Below are positions 10,048 to 21,300 of a stretch of 35,029 nucleotides of DNA, piece by piece. How positions within the stretch are numbered: the first letter of the stretch is position 1; the number at the start of each line of letters is the position of its first letter. The stretch covers positions 10,457 to 45,485 of the forward strand of contig CALSCP010001463.1 in NCBI GenBank assembly GCA_943704425.1. The letters run 5' to 3'. The notes under the pieces are model-generated. The model was not told the origin of the DNA and did no database searches. It saw nothing but the letters and a program-made list of their open reading frames with translations. The translations under genes were made by a program, and so were the position numbers. The stretch is from Ministeria vibrans ATCC 50519 (lineage: Eukaryota > Protista > Filasterea).

Positions 10048-12201
10048 ATGGCATCGGGCTTGGAGGATCGCCGTCGCGAGTTTATGCGACTGTTCCAGCA
10101 GCCAGACTCCATTATGGAGGTCTGGGTCTTTGACAAACTCAAAGAGTACAGTCCAGGTGGGGGGGGGGTGGGGAGCGTGCGTCTCACACGGCTGTCCCTT
10201 GTGCGTGTTTTAGATACCAGGATATTCTCAGAAGCGACAATGACATCTCGCAGTTTGTCGAAACGGTCGGCGACAGCTACCAAGGCTACGCGCAAATGTG
10301 CAACATTGTGTCGGATCTCCTCAAAAAGACAGGTGCGCATGGGGTGTGAGGCTCGAGAGACGAGCGCGCCGGTCGAGGCAGCAGCACAAAGCAAAAGAGA
10401 GAATCAATCCTGTGTAACAATGTGTTGTAGGCATGACCAACGACGAGGTGGAGCAGACTGCCGTGGATCATGTGAAACACTTGTTATTGGGCAAGTTTGA
10501 GGCGAAGCGTGCCGATGAGTACTGGGTGAAGCAAAATACCGAGCCCAAATGGCTCAAGGTCATGATCAAACAGCCCGTCTGGCGAACAGCTCTTTACGAG
10601 CTCCTCGAGCGCAACTCGGGCTCCATCACCCTTGTCTTTGCAATCAAGGTACCGTCTTCTCCTCCTTCTCCATCTCATTCTCCTCTTTATTTCTTTTTCC
10701 TTGTTTGTGACGCTCTCTGCTGTGCACACGAAAATCATTGCAGAGAATTTCCGATGCAGGACATCACGAGGAGATTGCACACTATCCGGGAGCGTCGTCC
10801 GACAATGCGACCGTTTTTGGACGTGTTCTAATGGACACGCTGGAGCGTTTGTCGAAAATGAACGAGCTGGAGCTGCGTGCAGCCATGCCGGTGCTCGAGC
10901 GACTTGCGCTGGTGAGCCAACATGCATACCTGTTTACGCAGGTGCTGCTGCATTCGACGGAGCGCGAGGCGACTACCATGGAACAAGCGTCTATTTCACG
11001 ACGCATCTCGCAGGAGCTTCATCACCGTGCATGCGCCGAGGGCCACAGCAGCCTCGCGCGACACGTTCAGGCGCTGTGTACGGGTCTGTATGCGTATCCC
11101 GAGCTCGCCGATGCGGTCCTGTCGATTTTGTCGTCGGAGCGGGTGAGCACGGGCGATGCAGTGAAGATTGCCGAGTACTTTGGGCTAGCGACGAGCGCGG
11201 CAGAGGAGGAAGTGCTGGCGCAAGAGAATGGAGTGCAGAGTGTGGAGTACGATCGGTTGGAGGAGGAGCGGGTGAACGGCGGTGGGGGAGGGGACGGGGA
11301 CGGCGAGCAGTGGACGCACGCTGACCTGCTGCACGACCCGCAAGTGCTGGACATGTTCACGCGGGCGCTGTTTGACAGGGGGGGTGAAGGGATTGCTGCG
11401 CGGCACCTGATGAACTACTGTCGTGTGCTGGCACTGGCGGCGGGTGCAAATGGGCGTGCGAGTGCGCTGGACATTGGCAAACAGCTGTACTGTACGTATC
11501 GCGTTTGCCACCGCAACGACCTGATGCGTGAGTCGCTTGCAGCGGACATTGACGAGCTGTGTTTGCTGGTGCACGGTGCGCCCGTTGTTGCCATTGCCGC
11601 CCTCATGTGGGTTGAGCACACTCTCATGGCCCCCAACTTTCTGGCAGGCGCCACGTCGGCATGGCAGACGTCCCCGCCGCATTGCGTCATCATCGACGTG
11701 GCGGCACAGTGCCATCAGGGCACGCGCGACTACGCCTTTGCCGTGTGCCGTCGTCTGTACGAGGCGGACTTGGGCCTTGAGCCCATGCATGCCATTGAGT
11801 TCCACCGCCACCTTCTCGACCGCTTTCTGCACCTCATTGCGCTCGGCTATGTCACACCCATCTTCGATTTCCTGGCACTTGCCCGCCCCGACATTGCTCT
11901 TGTGCGCCACTTTGCTCACGAGCTCCTTGCCATGGCTGCGCCACCATACGCCCCTGCCTACGTCGCCGCCTGGGCCCGTCTTCTCACTGCCTCCCCCGAC
12001 ACTCTTTCCATCTGCCGCTCCACTCCCGAGTTTGAGCCCTTTTGTCGTAAGAACATAGCGATCAATCTAACCACCACCTTTTTCTTATCCTTGATACTAC
12101 TGCTCCTGTGTCTAGAGCACATCCATCAGACTGCCACTCTGCACCAGGGACTCACTCCCGACGAACGCGCCCTCTTTGAGATGGACCGTCCAGTCGAGTA
12201 G
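10048..12201 (+). CDS. NELFCD: Negative elongation factor C/D (TH1 family), 5 exons
   Basis: Spliced protein ...PDSIMEVWVFDKLKEY...YQGYAQMCN...KFEAKRADE...PKWL..MI....WR...Y.L.E...L.FAIK|RISDAGHHEEI...SQHAYLFTQVLL...RRISQEL...PVVAIAALMWV...HFAHELL....PPY matches TH1/NELF-C/D. The last intron is 12047-12115. Confidence 0.9.
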
Positions 12202-12391
12202 AACTAGATTACTAGAGCAGTCTTTCAATGTACAATGCAACCAACAACGTTGGCCCGATGCTTATTTTTTGTAAATTACTTTCTTTACAAATTGATTATT
12301 AATTTTAATTTTATTCATGATTAATTATTTTCATTCATTTTTTCGGATCCAATTAATATTTTAATTCCATATTTTTTTTGCATTTCTCTGA

Positions 12392-13544
12392 ATGACAACT
12401 GCTCCCCTCAAAATCGTCTTGGGCTCGATGGAATTTGGCCGTCGGGCCAACCCTGAGCAGTCTCGGGTCATGGTCGACAGCTTTCTTGAAACGAACAACA
12501 CGGAGATTGACACGGCGCTCATGTGTAAGACAAGGGCGCATCCGTCGATGGGACGAGCACGCTGACCCAAACGCAGATTGTGGCGGCAAGACGGAGCGGA
12601 TACTGGGCGCGATGGACGTGTGCCACACAGACAGGGTTGCGATTGCGACCAAGGCCAACCCGTGGGGCAACCGGCTCGACAAGGCGGGGGTCCGGCGGCA
12701 GCTGGAGACGTCGCTTGCGTCGCTCCACGTCGCCTGCGTCGACCTCTTCTACCTGCACGCACCCGACCACCAGACCGACATTGTGGAGACGCTTGCAGAA
12801 GTGAACGCCATGCACAAGGAGGGCAAGTTTGTTCGCTTTGGCCTGAGCAACTATTCCGCCTGGCAGGTACGCAGGCACGACTGCCAAGAGCGCCTTTCTT
12901 CATTGTTTGCCCTAGGTGACTGAGATTGCGCTGCTGTGTCGCCACAACCAGTGGGTCGAGCCGACGGTGTACCAGGGGATGTACAATGCGGTGACACGCG
13001 AAGTGGAGGCGGAGCTGTTTCCTGCACTGCGTCGCTTCAACATCGCCTTTTACGCGTACAACCCACTTGCAGGTGGCATCCTCACGGGGAAGCACAAGTG
13101 GGAGCAGCTGGAGTCGCAACAGATTCAAGAGGGCCGCTTTGCAGGAGAGAGTCCGTGGGCAAAGGCGTATCGTGAGCGGTACTGGCGCAAGAGTGTGTTT
13201 GATGCGCTCGGTGAGATTGAGCGTGCCATTGCCAGCGAGAGCGCATCTGGCGAGTGTGCCGAGGGGGCCCTTGCGAGTGCCGCTATTGCTTGGCTTGTCC
13301 ACCACTCCAAGCTTACCGCACACCTCGGCGGTACACAAATATCCCTCTCAGAGCAGATAGTGACTGACCCAAATCGACCCCCCCCTATTTAGATGCCATC
13401 ATTCTGGGCTCCAGCACACTCGCCCATCACACTAGCAACCTTGCCAGCGCCCGCTCTTCGTCCCCACTGTCCCCGTCCGTCTGCGCTGCCTTTGACCACG
13501 CCGCCCGTCTCTCTGCCATCGACGCCCCAAACTACTTCCGTTGA
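12392..13544 (+). CDS. Aldo-keto reductase, AKR7A (aflatoxin B1 aldehyde reductase)-like, 4 exons
   Basis: LGSMEFGRR, EIDTALMY, IATKANPW, VDLFYLHAPDH, GLSNYSAWQV, PTVYQGMYN, FYAYNPLAGG, YRERYW and a C-terminal PNYFR*, all as in AKR7A. Confidence 0.92.
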
Positions 13545-13990
13545 TTCCAATGTGTACGTCTCTTTCCCTCTCTCTTTGTGTGTATATATTGCTCGTTTGT
13601 CGGATGTGAATTTGGTACCAGTGACACAATGCTCTAGTGTGTGTTTCTGCACTCTCACTCCGTATATCGTTTTTTATCGTGTTGTCTCTTTTTGTTTTTT
13701 ATTTATTCGCCTTTTTCTTTGTTTTGCTTTCCTTTTTGTACCTCTTTCTGGTTCTTTTCTCCAGAAATGTGAGAAAATCGATAAGAAAGAGAGTCCAAAA
13801 GGAAGACACAAAACAACAGAAAACGAATGACTGAAAATCCAAATAAGACACATATAATCGTTCCCTTATTTTGAGTGCGCTTGTGTAAAGAACGACACAG
13901 TGCATACAGGTACGAGGGAAACACGCTGACCTTGTGTTTATTCTTCATAGGTTTGGGTGCAAATACACAGCAAATAATAATAATAATAAT

Positions 13991-14060
13991 AAGAAGAAGA
14001 AGAANNNNNNNNNNNNNNNNNNGAAGAAGAAGAATGCAACCCATTTATTAATGATACAGT
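13991..14060 (-). repeat. Short dispersed element copy 2 (AATAAA + (TTC)n tail) within (AAT)n; contains an 18-N assembly gap
   Basis: (aag)n...gaagaagaagaatgcaacccatttattaatgatacagt, flanked by (aat)n on the left and aataataa on the right. Confidence 0.75.
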
Positions 14061-14336
14061 AATAATAAACAGTTGTTATCTTCCATCTTTCGTGTGTTTT
14101 GCATTCACACATTGTATCGTCAGTATGGAGTGTAGAGTGGCCTACTGTACATCCCAATTCTCCAAAGAGGCCGAGAATCACGATAGAAGCCAAGCACTGT
14201 GTGTTGGTTGTGTCGCTCCGAAACCAAACCAAACAAACAATAACACACGAATATAAATAGTTCACAACTTGACAACTTCACTCTTCTTTCTCACTTCCTC
14301 TGCGCGCGCCCTCCCCCTCCCTTCCCCACCGCTGAC

Positions 14337-15766
14337 ATGTTTTCGCATACACGGTCCTACCAGGTGTCGACGACGTCGTCGAGAGGGCACTCGCCGACCG
14401 AGCCGACCGGTCCAATGAACAGCGTCGACTTGTTTGAGCCTTCCTTGATGGACTTTGACGACTTTGACAAGGAGCTTGAGTGGGTAAGTGTGCACACACC
14501 TTTGTGTCATGCGGTATCTCTGCTGCGCGAAGTGCACGCGCGTCTACGAGAGAGCGAGAGAGAGAGAGAAGTCTGACACTGTGCCAACACAAAAAAAAAA
14601 CCGTTGGCTTAAAATACATTCGGCGCGTCAGCCGATTGCGCGCGCCCCCAGCCACCGGCTTGCTTCCGTCTCCTCTCAAACCCCACTTCTTGCTTATGGC
14701 GTGCGCCCTGCGTTGTTCCGCTCTCGCACTTCTCCATTTTCACACACAAAAATAGAATTTGCGAGGTTTTTTGATAATATATATATTTTTTTTTCGGGAG
14801 TCGCTCTTTCGCGTCGCCGTCTCCTCGCTGTCTGCGTCTGCACATCGCTTTTGCACACCCCTCCGACACGGTGGCCGGGGCTTTTTCAGATCCAGAGAGT
14901 CTGGCGACGCGTCAGTGCCTCAGAGCATATGTTTTGGGGTTTCACAGCGACTCCCCAAAAACACCTCCTCACTCTCTTGCGTCACTTCCCACCACCCTTA
15001 GTCGCATTTGGGTTATTCATGTAACTTGTTCGCGACCAAATTGTCGCGTGCCGCAATTTTTCGGGCACTTGGCGGTTTTGTTGTTTCTTTTTTATTATTA
15101 TAATATATATTTATCTTTTCTTCACTCGCTCGCGCACCACGCGCTCTAAACGCCCCCTTTTGTCGTTTGCAGGACATGCACCCGACGCTGTTTGGCAATG
15201 ACATTGAGAGAGAAGTTGAAAATGCGGACAGAGCGGCGCGGTCGTCATCACCCACTCCCACCACGTACTCGTCGAATGCGTCTGCCGAGACGACGTCCAT
15301 GTGCAGCTCCATGGACTACAGCGCCGACTCGCTGCCCCACCCGGTGGTGTTCCACCACCTGCCGGCCGAGCCACTGAGTGCCTTTGGCGAGGCACCCTCG
15401 ACACTCCCTACATCGCCGCCAGTCAGAACAAGCTCACATCGCATGTGCAAGAACTGCATGACCACCAAGACTCCCCAGTGGCGACGAGGCCCCGACGGCT
15501 CCATGTCGCTTTGCAACGCCTGTGGCCTGCGCTACTTCAAGTTTGAAAAGAAAAAGTCACGCGAGTCGAGCGCGCGCAACGCAGCTGCAGCAGCACCCTC
15601 GTCGTTGGCTACCGCTCTTTCCACGCCCAGCTGGACTGAACCCCCCGTCGCGTCCCATCACGCTGGCGCTGCCTCTACTGCTGCTCCCGTAGACACCACC
15701 CCCGTCTCAATCACCCCGGCGCTCTCCCTCATTGGCGAATCACCATCGTACGGGTATCTCTACTAA
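14337..15766 (+). CDS. GATA-type zinc-finger transcription factor (single CX2CX18CX2C finger)
   Basis: [30 protein letters not shown] followed by a basic tail. Putative exon 1 (14337-14483, TGG|GTAAGT) joins in phase 0 to exon 2 at 15173. Exon 1 is less certain. Confidence 0.85.
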
Positions 15767-16125
15767 GCGAGTTCCTTGCGTCACCCCATGTAACAGTGTC
15801 CCCGCCCTCAATATCAACAACGGCAACATCACCCATCGAAAATATTATTTTCATTTTTATCCTTTCCAAGGACCTTAGTAAAACGTCATCAAACCATTTA
15901 TGGGTAACTCAACTGAACACTGATGAATGAGACAATCAGCAATGAGCAGTATGAGCTCATTGAGCTAAGCATGAACTGCTCTTCAACTCTCAAGTCTCAA
16001 TCGCCCCTCAGATCTCAATACAAAAAACCAAAGTGTCCAAAACTGAAACTCCAATAGTCCAATTAAAGTTAACCAATAGCCGAATTACCAAAATCAAATT
16101 TTCAATCTTTTGCCACCTTCCCATC

Positions 16126-16388
16126 ATGCCCAAGTCAAAGCGCGCTAAAGTCTACTCGTTGACGAGAACAGAGAAAAAGGGGCGCGCCTCAAAGGAGTCG
16201 CTGGTTGAAGAAGTGAGTTTTTTCGTCTTGCACCGCACGTGAACGGACTTTTGCCTTTTGTACTCTCGCCAAACCCCCTTCCCCAGGTCGTGCTGGGCGA
16301 GAATAGTCTCTTCCCTGCGCGACCGGCACCTATAGACCAATCTTTTAGCGCTCACCGACACACATGAAAATGAGTCATCTTTCTCACT

Positions 16389-16452
<64 letters not shown>

Positions 16453-17242
16453 GTCCTACCTCTTTCCCTCTAGATTCGCGGTTGCCTCGAACGCTTCAAA
16501 AGAGTATACGTCTTCACCTTCCACAACCAAAGAAACGTCCTGCTCAAGGATGTGCGTGAGTCGCTCAAGAACTCAAGGTATCTCCATTCGCCTTTCGCTG
16601 CCGCTCTCCGTCACCCCCCGCCGCTTGTAGGTTCTTCCTTGGCAAGAACAAAGTCATGCAGATTGCGTTGGGACGCACGAAAGAAGACGAACAGAAACCA
16701 CAGCTGCGCAAACTGGCAAAGGTGACAAAACGCATTCATATAATAATTATTATTTTTATTATTTTTTGACACTTTATCAATTGTTTGTTCAGCGACTTGT
16801 CGGGCACGTCGGACTGTTGTTTACCAACGACGAGCCGGAGAGTGTACAGGCGTTTTTCGACGGGTTCCGCAAGGCAGACTATGCGCGTGCAGGATCGGTT
16901 GCGACCGAGACGGTCGCTCTGCCGGCGGGTCCCCTGGAGCAGTTTACGCACTCGCAGGAGACGCATCTGCGCGAGAAGCTGCTTGTACCTGTCGAACTTA
17001 AACGCGGCGTTGTTGTGCTCCGTCACGACTTTACAGTGTGCCAAAAGGGCGCGAGTCTCACGGCCGAACAGGCAAACTTTCTCAAACTGCTCGCCATTCC
17101 TCAGGCTGAGTTTCGTCTGACGCTCGACTGTGTGTGGGACGACGGCGAGTTCTCGCGCATTGGCCATGCCGGCGAGCGCATTGCCGTCCAGGACGAGGAG
17201 GACAATGACGACGATGAAGAGGAAGAGGAGGATGAAGAGTAA
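16126..17242 (+). CDS. MRT4: mRNA turnover protein 4 (Mrt4, 60S biogenesis; uL10/P0 paralogue), 4 exons
   Basis: MPKSKRAKVYSLTRTEKKG, RFFLGKNKVMQIALGR, L.GHVGLLFTN, DYARAG, G..LT.EQA..LKL and an acidic tail. Confidence 0.95.
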
Positions 17243-17334
17243 AATATAACGTCTTTGTTTTTGCATTTTGCATTGTTGCGTATTGTTCTGTCTCTCTCTC
17301 TCTCTCTTCTCTCTCTTCTCTCCCTCTCATACAC

Positions 17335-18167
17335 TCACTTTCTGACAAAGAGATAAATGACCACACCCACTGCAACAAGCACAGCAAGCACAATCAGAAC
17401 CACAAGCAAAGTCCATTTGTGTGCGCGTGTTCGCATTTGCTTCTTTAGAACGACTGATTTGGTACTATACAAAAAAACAGACCTTAGTAGAGAGAAGAGC
17501 AAGAAGAAAACACACCCTGCGCCTCGCAAGCAGCCCAATGTGCCCCAAAGGCAAACAACCACAGGCCCGCCACGCACAAGCAAGCGGGGAAAACACGGCA
17601 TTGTTGAAACAGGCCTTTTTTTGAGGGGGTTCAATGGGAGACACGTCCATGCGTGCCGTCTTGGCCTGCGTCCCACCCCCAACACACACACACACACACA
17701 CACAGACACACACACACACACACCAACGCAAGACAGCCAAGCACTCTCTGTTCCACTCAGAAGACGATAACGTCGGATTGGGAGACAAAAACAAACCTGA
17801 AATTTGCTGCGTTGTGTTTGAGGTTGTCTGAGGTCGCTTCAATCACTTCCAGGCGCTGCTCGCGAGCCAGTGCCTTTTCCATGTTCTCTTTCATGATGTC
17901 GACCACCTAGACGGAGAGCAAGAGCGCGTCAGAAGGGCAGTTAGATAATTATTATTAGTATAATTATCGTTGGCTGAGGAGGGTCAGCGCAGACCGCACG
18001 CGACCCCCACACCCCTTCAGGAGGGTGTCAACAGCAGCATAAGATGCCGCATGGCCAGGCTAGTAGTGCAAACCAGTCGTGGCAATTTTTTTTTCTTGCT
18101 TCGTTTATACCTCATCAACTTGCTGTTGGGCCGACGCCAGTTGCGTCGATTTCTTCTTTGGTGGCAT
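17335..18167 (-). CDS. Synaptobrevin/VAMP R-SNARE (brevin type, ~98 aa), 3 exons
   Basis: Exons 18167-18111, 17906-17797 and 17464-17335 splice to MPPKKKSTQLASAQQQVDEVVDIMKENMEKALAREQRLEVIEATSDNLKHNAANFSTKSVVLKKQMRTRAHKWTLLVVLIVLAVLVAVGVVIYLFVRK*. This gives an R-SNARE motif with zero-layer Arg and a C-terminal TM helix. Confidence 0.92.
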
Positions 18168-18324
18168 GCGACAGTTTTACAGCAGTACAAATAATTTTGA
18201 AAATTTATACCTGGGTGAATAATTGACTTGCTCTTTTTCTTGTTTGAGATCATTGTAACACGAGCAAAAATATGGATCATTAATATAATTCCTATCAATA
18301 TTCTGCAACAATGTAGTAATTTTT

Positions 18325-21300
18325 TCACTCTTGAATACAACCACGAGCGACCTCACGCATAGCCGCAAGCAGATGGTCCAGATTGGGCACGACAGTAATA
18401 GTCTTGGACGACGCCTTAGACGACGACGAAGAGCGGTCCTCAGAGGAGCGGAGGGCACTGCGCATGTAGCGGGCGCGGGAGACCTTGAAAGGGTGCTGGG
18501 CCATGGCGGGCTCGCGCCAGGCGACACCAACATGCCCACCGCCACATGCGTCGTAGAAGAACATGGCAAACTCACCAAACATGCACTGAAAGGAAGGAAG
18601 TGGTTTGTCAAGCACGCTACATAACATAAGTTATACAAGAGGTACCTGAAGCTGATTGAGAATGACGGAGGCAACGTTGTGGTCGTAAAGAGGCAGAGGA
18701 GGCCCTGCCAGACCTGACGAGAGGTTCTTGAAGGAGTCGGTGGCACCCTTGGCTGTGGGTGCAATTGTAGTAGTAGAAGTAGTAGCAGTACTGGTGGAGG
18801 TGGCGGAGTGGGGCAAAATGGCCTGGTGGGCGCGCGGGAGGATATCCGGGCGGAGGGAGAGGAGGGCATCGTACTCTGCGAGGGGCGCGATGAAGACTCG
18901 ACGGATGTGATCGGAGGACTGTGCGGCGGCAAGGGAGTCGACAGCGGCCACGGCAAGGTCGAGGGTGCGCCGCAGCACAGTGGGCGACGGATGCGGGTGA
19001 GTCCAGCGACAACCCGTCGGGTCCTGGGCCGTGATGAGGACCAGGGCCGGCAGGGTGTCGCGCGCCGCCTTGGAGAAGGCGAGCGACGCGTGTGCGTGTG
19101 CCTCGGGCGTCAATGCTGCGTCAATGTTGACCACAAGAGGCTCGGCTGCCCAATCGTGGCTGGTGAGTAGGTCGAGGAAGCGCAGGAATGCGGCAGAGGC
19201 GGTGGCGGGCACAGCGTAGGGCCAGGGCGAGACAAACACGGCGGCGACCAGCAGCTCAAGGGCCTCGCCCGTGAAGTAGGGCGAAAGCATCTGGGCGGAG
19301 ATCCAGCGCTTGGCAAGACGCACTGCGCCGGAGAAGGCGGGAAAGCGAGTGCTGAGCGAATAGATGAGAGTGGTATGTGCGGGGCGGAAGACAACGCGGG
19401 TAGCAAGGGTGCGAACGTGTTGGGCGCGCATTGGCGCTGAGGCGGCGACAGCAGCGGCGACGGCCGCACCTCCATCGGGGGCGTCGGGGCGCAGAGCAGA
19501 AACGTAGACACCCGCAGTGGCACTGGTGGCACTGGCGGCGTCGGGTGTGTCGAGCTGCGCCAGACGCAGCATAATAGCAGGCGTGAGCTCGCAGCCGGCG
19601 CGACGCAGCAGCAGTTCACGCGGGTGGTGGATGGCCACACGAAAGAGCAGGCCGCGGTAGCAGATGTCGAGAGTTGGAGCGTGCGACGGGTCCGGGTGGT
19701 CTGCGCCAAACGCGTCCTCGGCATCAGCATCGTCGTCGTCGTCCGACGATGGGGGTGCGCGTACGTGTGCTTTGATGCCGTGGCGCGCGTCGAGCTCAGA
19801 TGCAATGCGCACAAGAAAGGCGGCCTTGATGCGCTCAATAGCGGCGACTTTATCGGGCCAGCGCGAACTGGACTCGAAGCGCAGCACCAAGCTGATGGCG
19901 GGCGCATAGCGAGCAGACGTCGATAAGGAAGAGAACGAAGCAACGTCGTAGACGGGAGGCGGAAACACGGCGGTGTGAGAGAGATGTGGAGAAGCTCCCT
20001 GGAGGGAGGCAACGCGCAGGGGCAGCGACGAGCCCATGTTGCGCAGGAGCTTCTCGAGGTCTTCGAGAGCACGGACGGCGTGAGAGAAGGCGGTGGGAGC
20101 AAGGGTGTCGTTGAGGAGAGCGAGATCGTTGGCGGTACCGTCGCTCGTTGCGGTGGTGGTGGGGTGGGGCGCGCGCAGGAGAGTATCGTAGGCGTCGACG
20201 GTGGACGCCACGCGAGATGGGGCAATGCCGAGATGGTGGGTGAGCAGGAAGGTCGCCATGCGGTGTACGACGAGGTGGCGGGTGCTCGCGGTCATCTCCC
20301 AGAGGACGGCGTCGCCGAGAGTGCCGTCACTGAATTGGTGCAGTTGGACCTTGGAGGCCCAGAGAAGACGGAACGGGGTCTGCGTGTGGGAGGTGTGCTC
20401 GCGCTCTTGGTCCTCGAGCACCGTCGACGGGGGCGCACGGTCGAGCTGGCGTCGCGATGCCGTTGGGTGGAGGACGACGTTGACACGGGCAGCGCGGACG
20501 GTCGGAAGAGTAGGGGCGTCGGTGAGGGACCAAACTTGCGGGGCACGCGGCTCGACGTAGACGACGCGGGCACGATCGGTGAAAGCGCGGCGGAGCAGGG
20601 AGGCAATGGTGTTGGCGACGTGGACGGGCCAATCAAAAGGGCGCTCAACGGTGGCGGCGGGAGAGACCAAGGGCACGAGGGAGGCAGCAACGGGCGGGAG
20701 ACGGGTGAGCCAGAGTGAGTAGTCGGCCTTGGCGGCAGTCGTGAGGGGCGTCGCAAAGAGCGCAGTGTACGCGTCGACGGAGACGGTGCTAGCGGGGGCG
20801 TCGAGGACTTCGGTCGACATGCGCGCTTCGTGGCGGACATTGTCAAAGGCGGTTGCGGTGAGGTGCGCGAGCAGGTTGATGCGTCCCGTCGGGTCAATGA
20901 GGATGACGGGGAAGGCACGCTTGAACTCGGCGCGACTGGGCAGCGGATTGGCCGTATTGCGCGTCTCCTCGGTGGTCTCTGGGGTGTCGGGGCACATGGA
21001 TGGGGCGGCAGTGAGAAGCAGGTCGCCGGCGAGCGTCTCGAGGACAACACGGAAGAGCTGGTAGGAGCTCATGAGGGCACTGACGCGACGCGAGCGCAGC
21101 AGATGGACGAGCAGCATGGTGAGAGTGAAGCCATTGAGACTGTCAGTGGCAATGCGTCGCTGACGCAGCCACACCTTGAGCAGCAGGACCGCTTCGCGCG
21201 CACTCTCGCAGTCGTGCAGAGTCGCGTGGGCGACTTCCATGTGGCGTTTCCACAGTGCGTCGGCAAGAAGGCCAGCGTTGTAGAGGGGCGTTGCGGGCTC

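Noticed and set aside
14005-14022. Run of N
   Set aside because: Assembly gap in the (AAG)n tract, not biology. It makes the tail length unknown.
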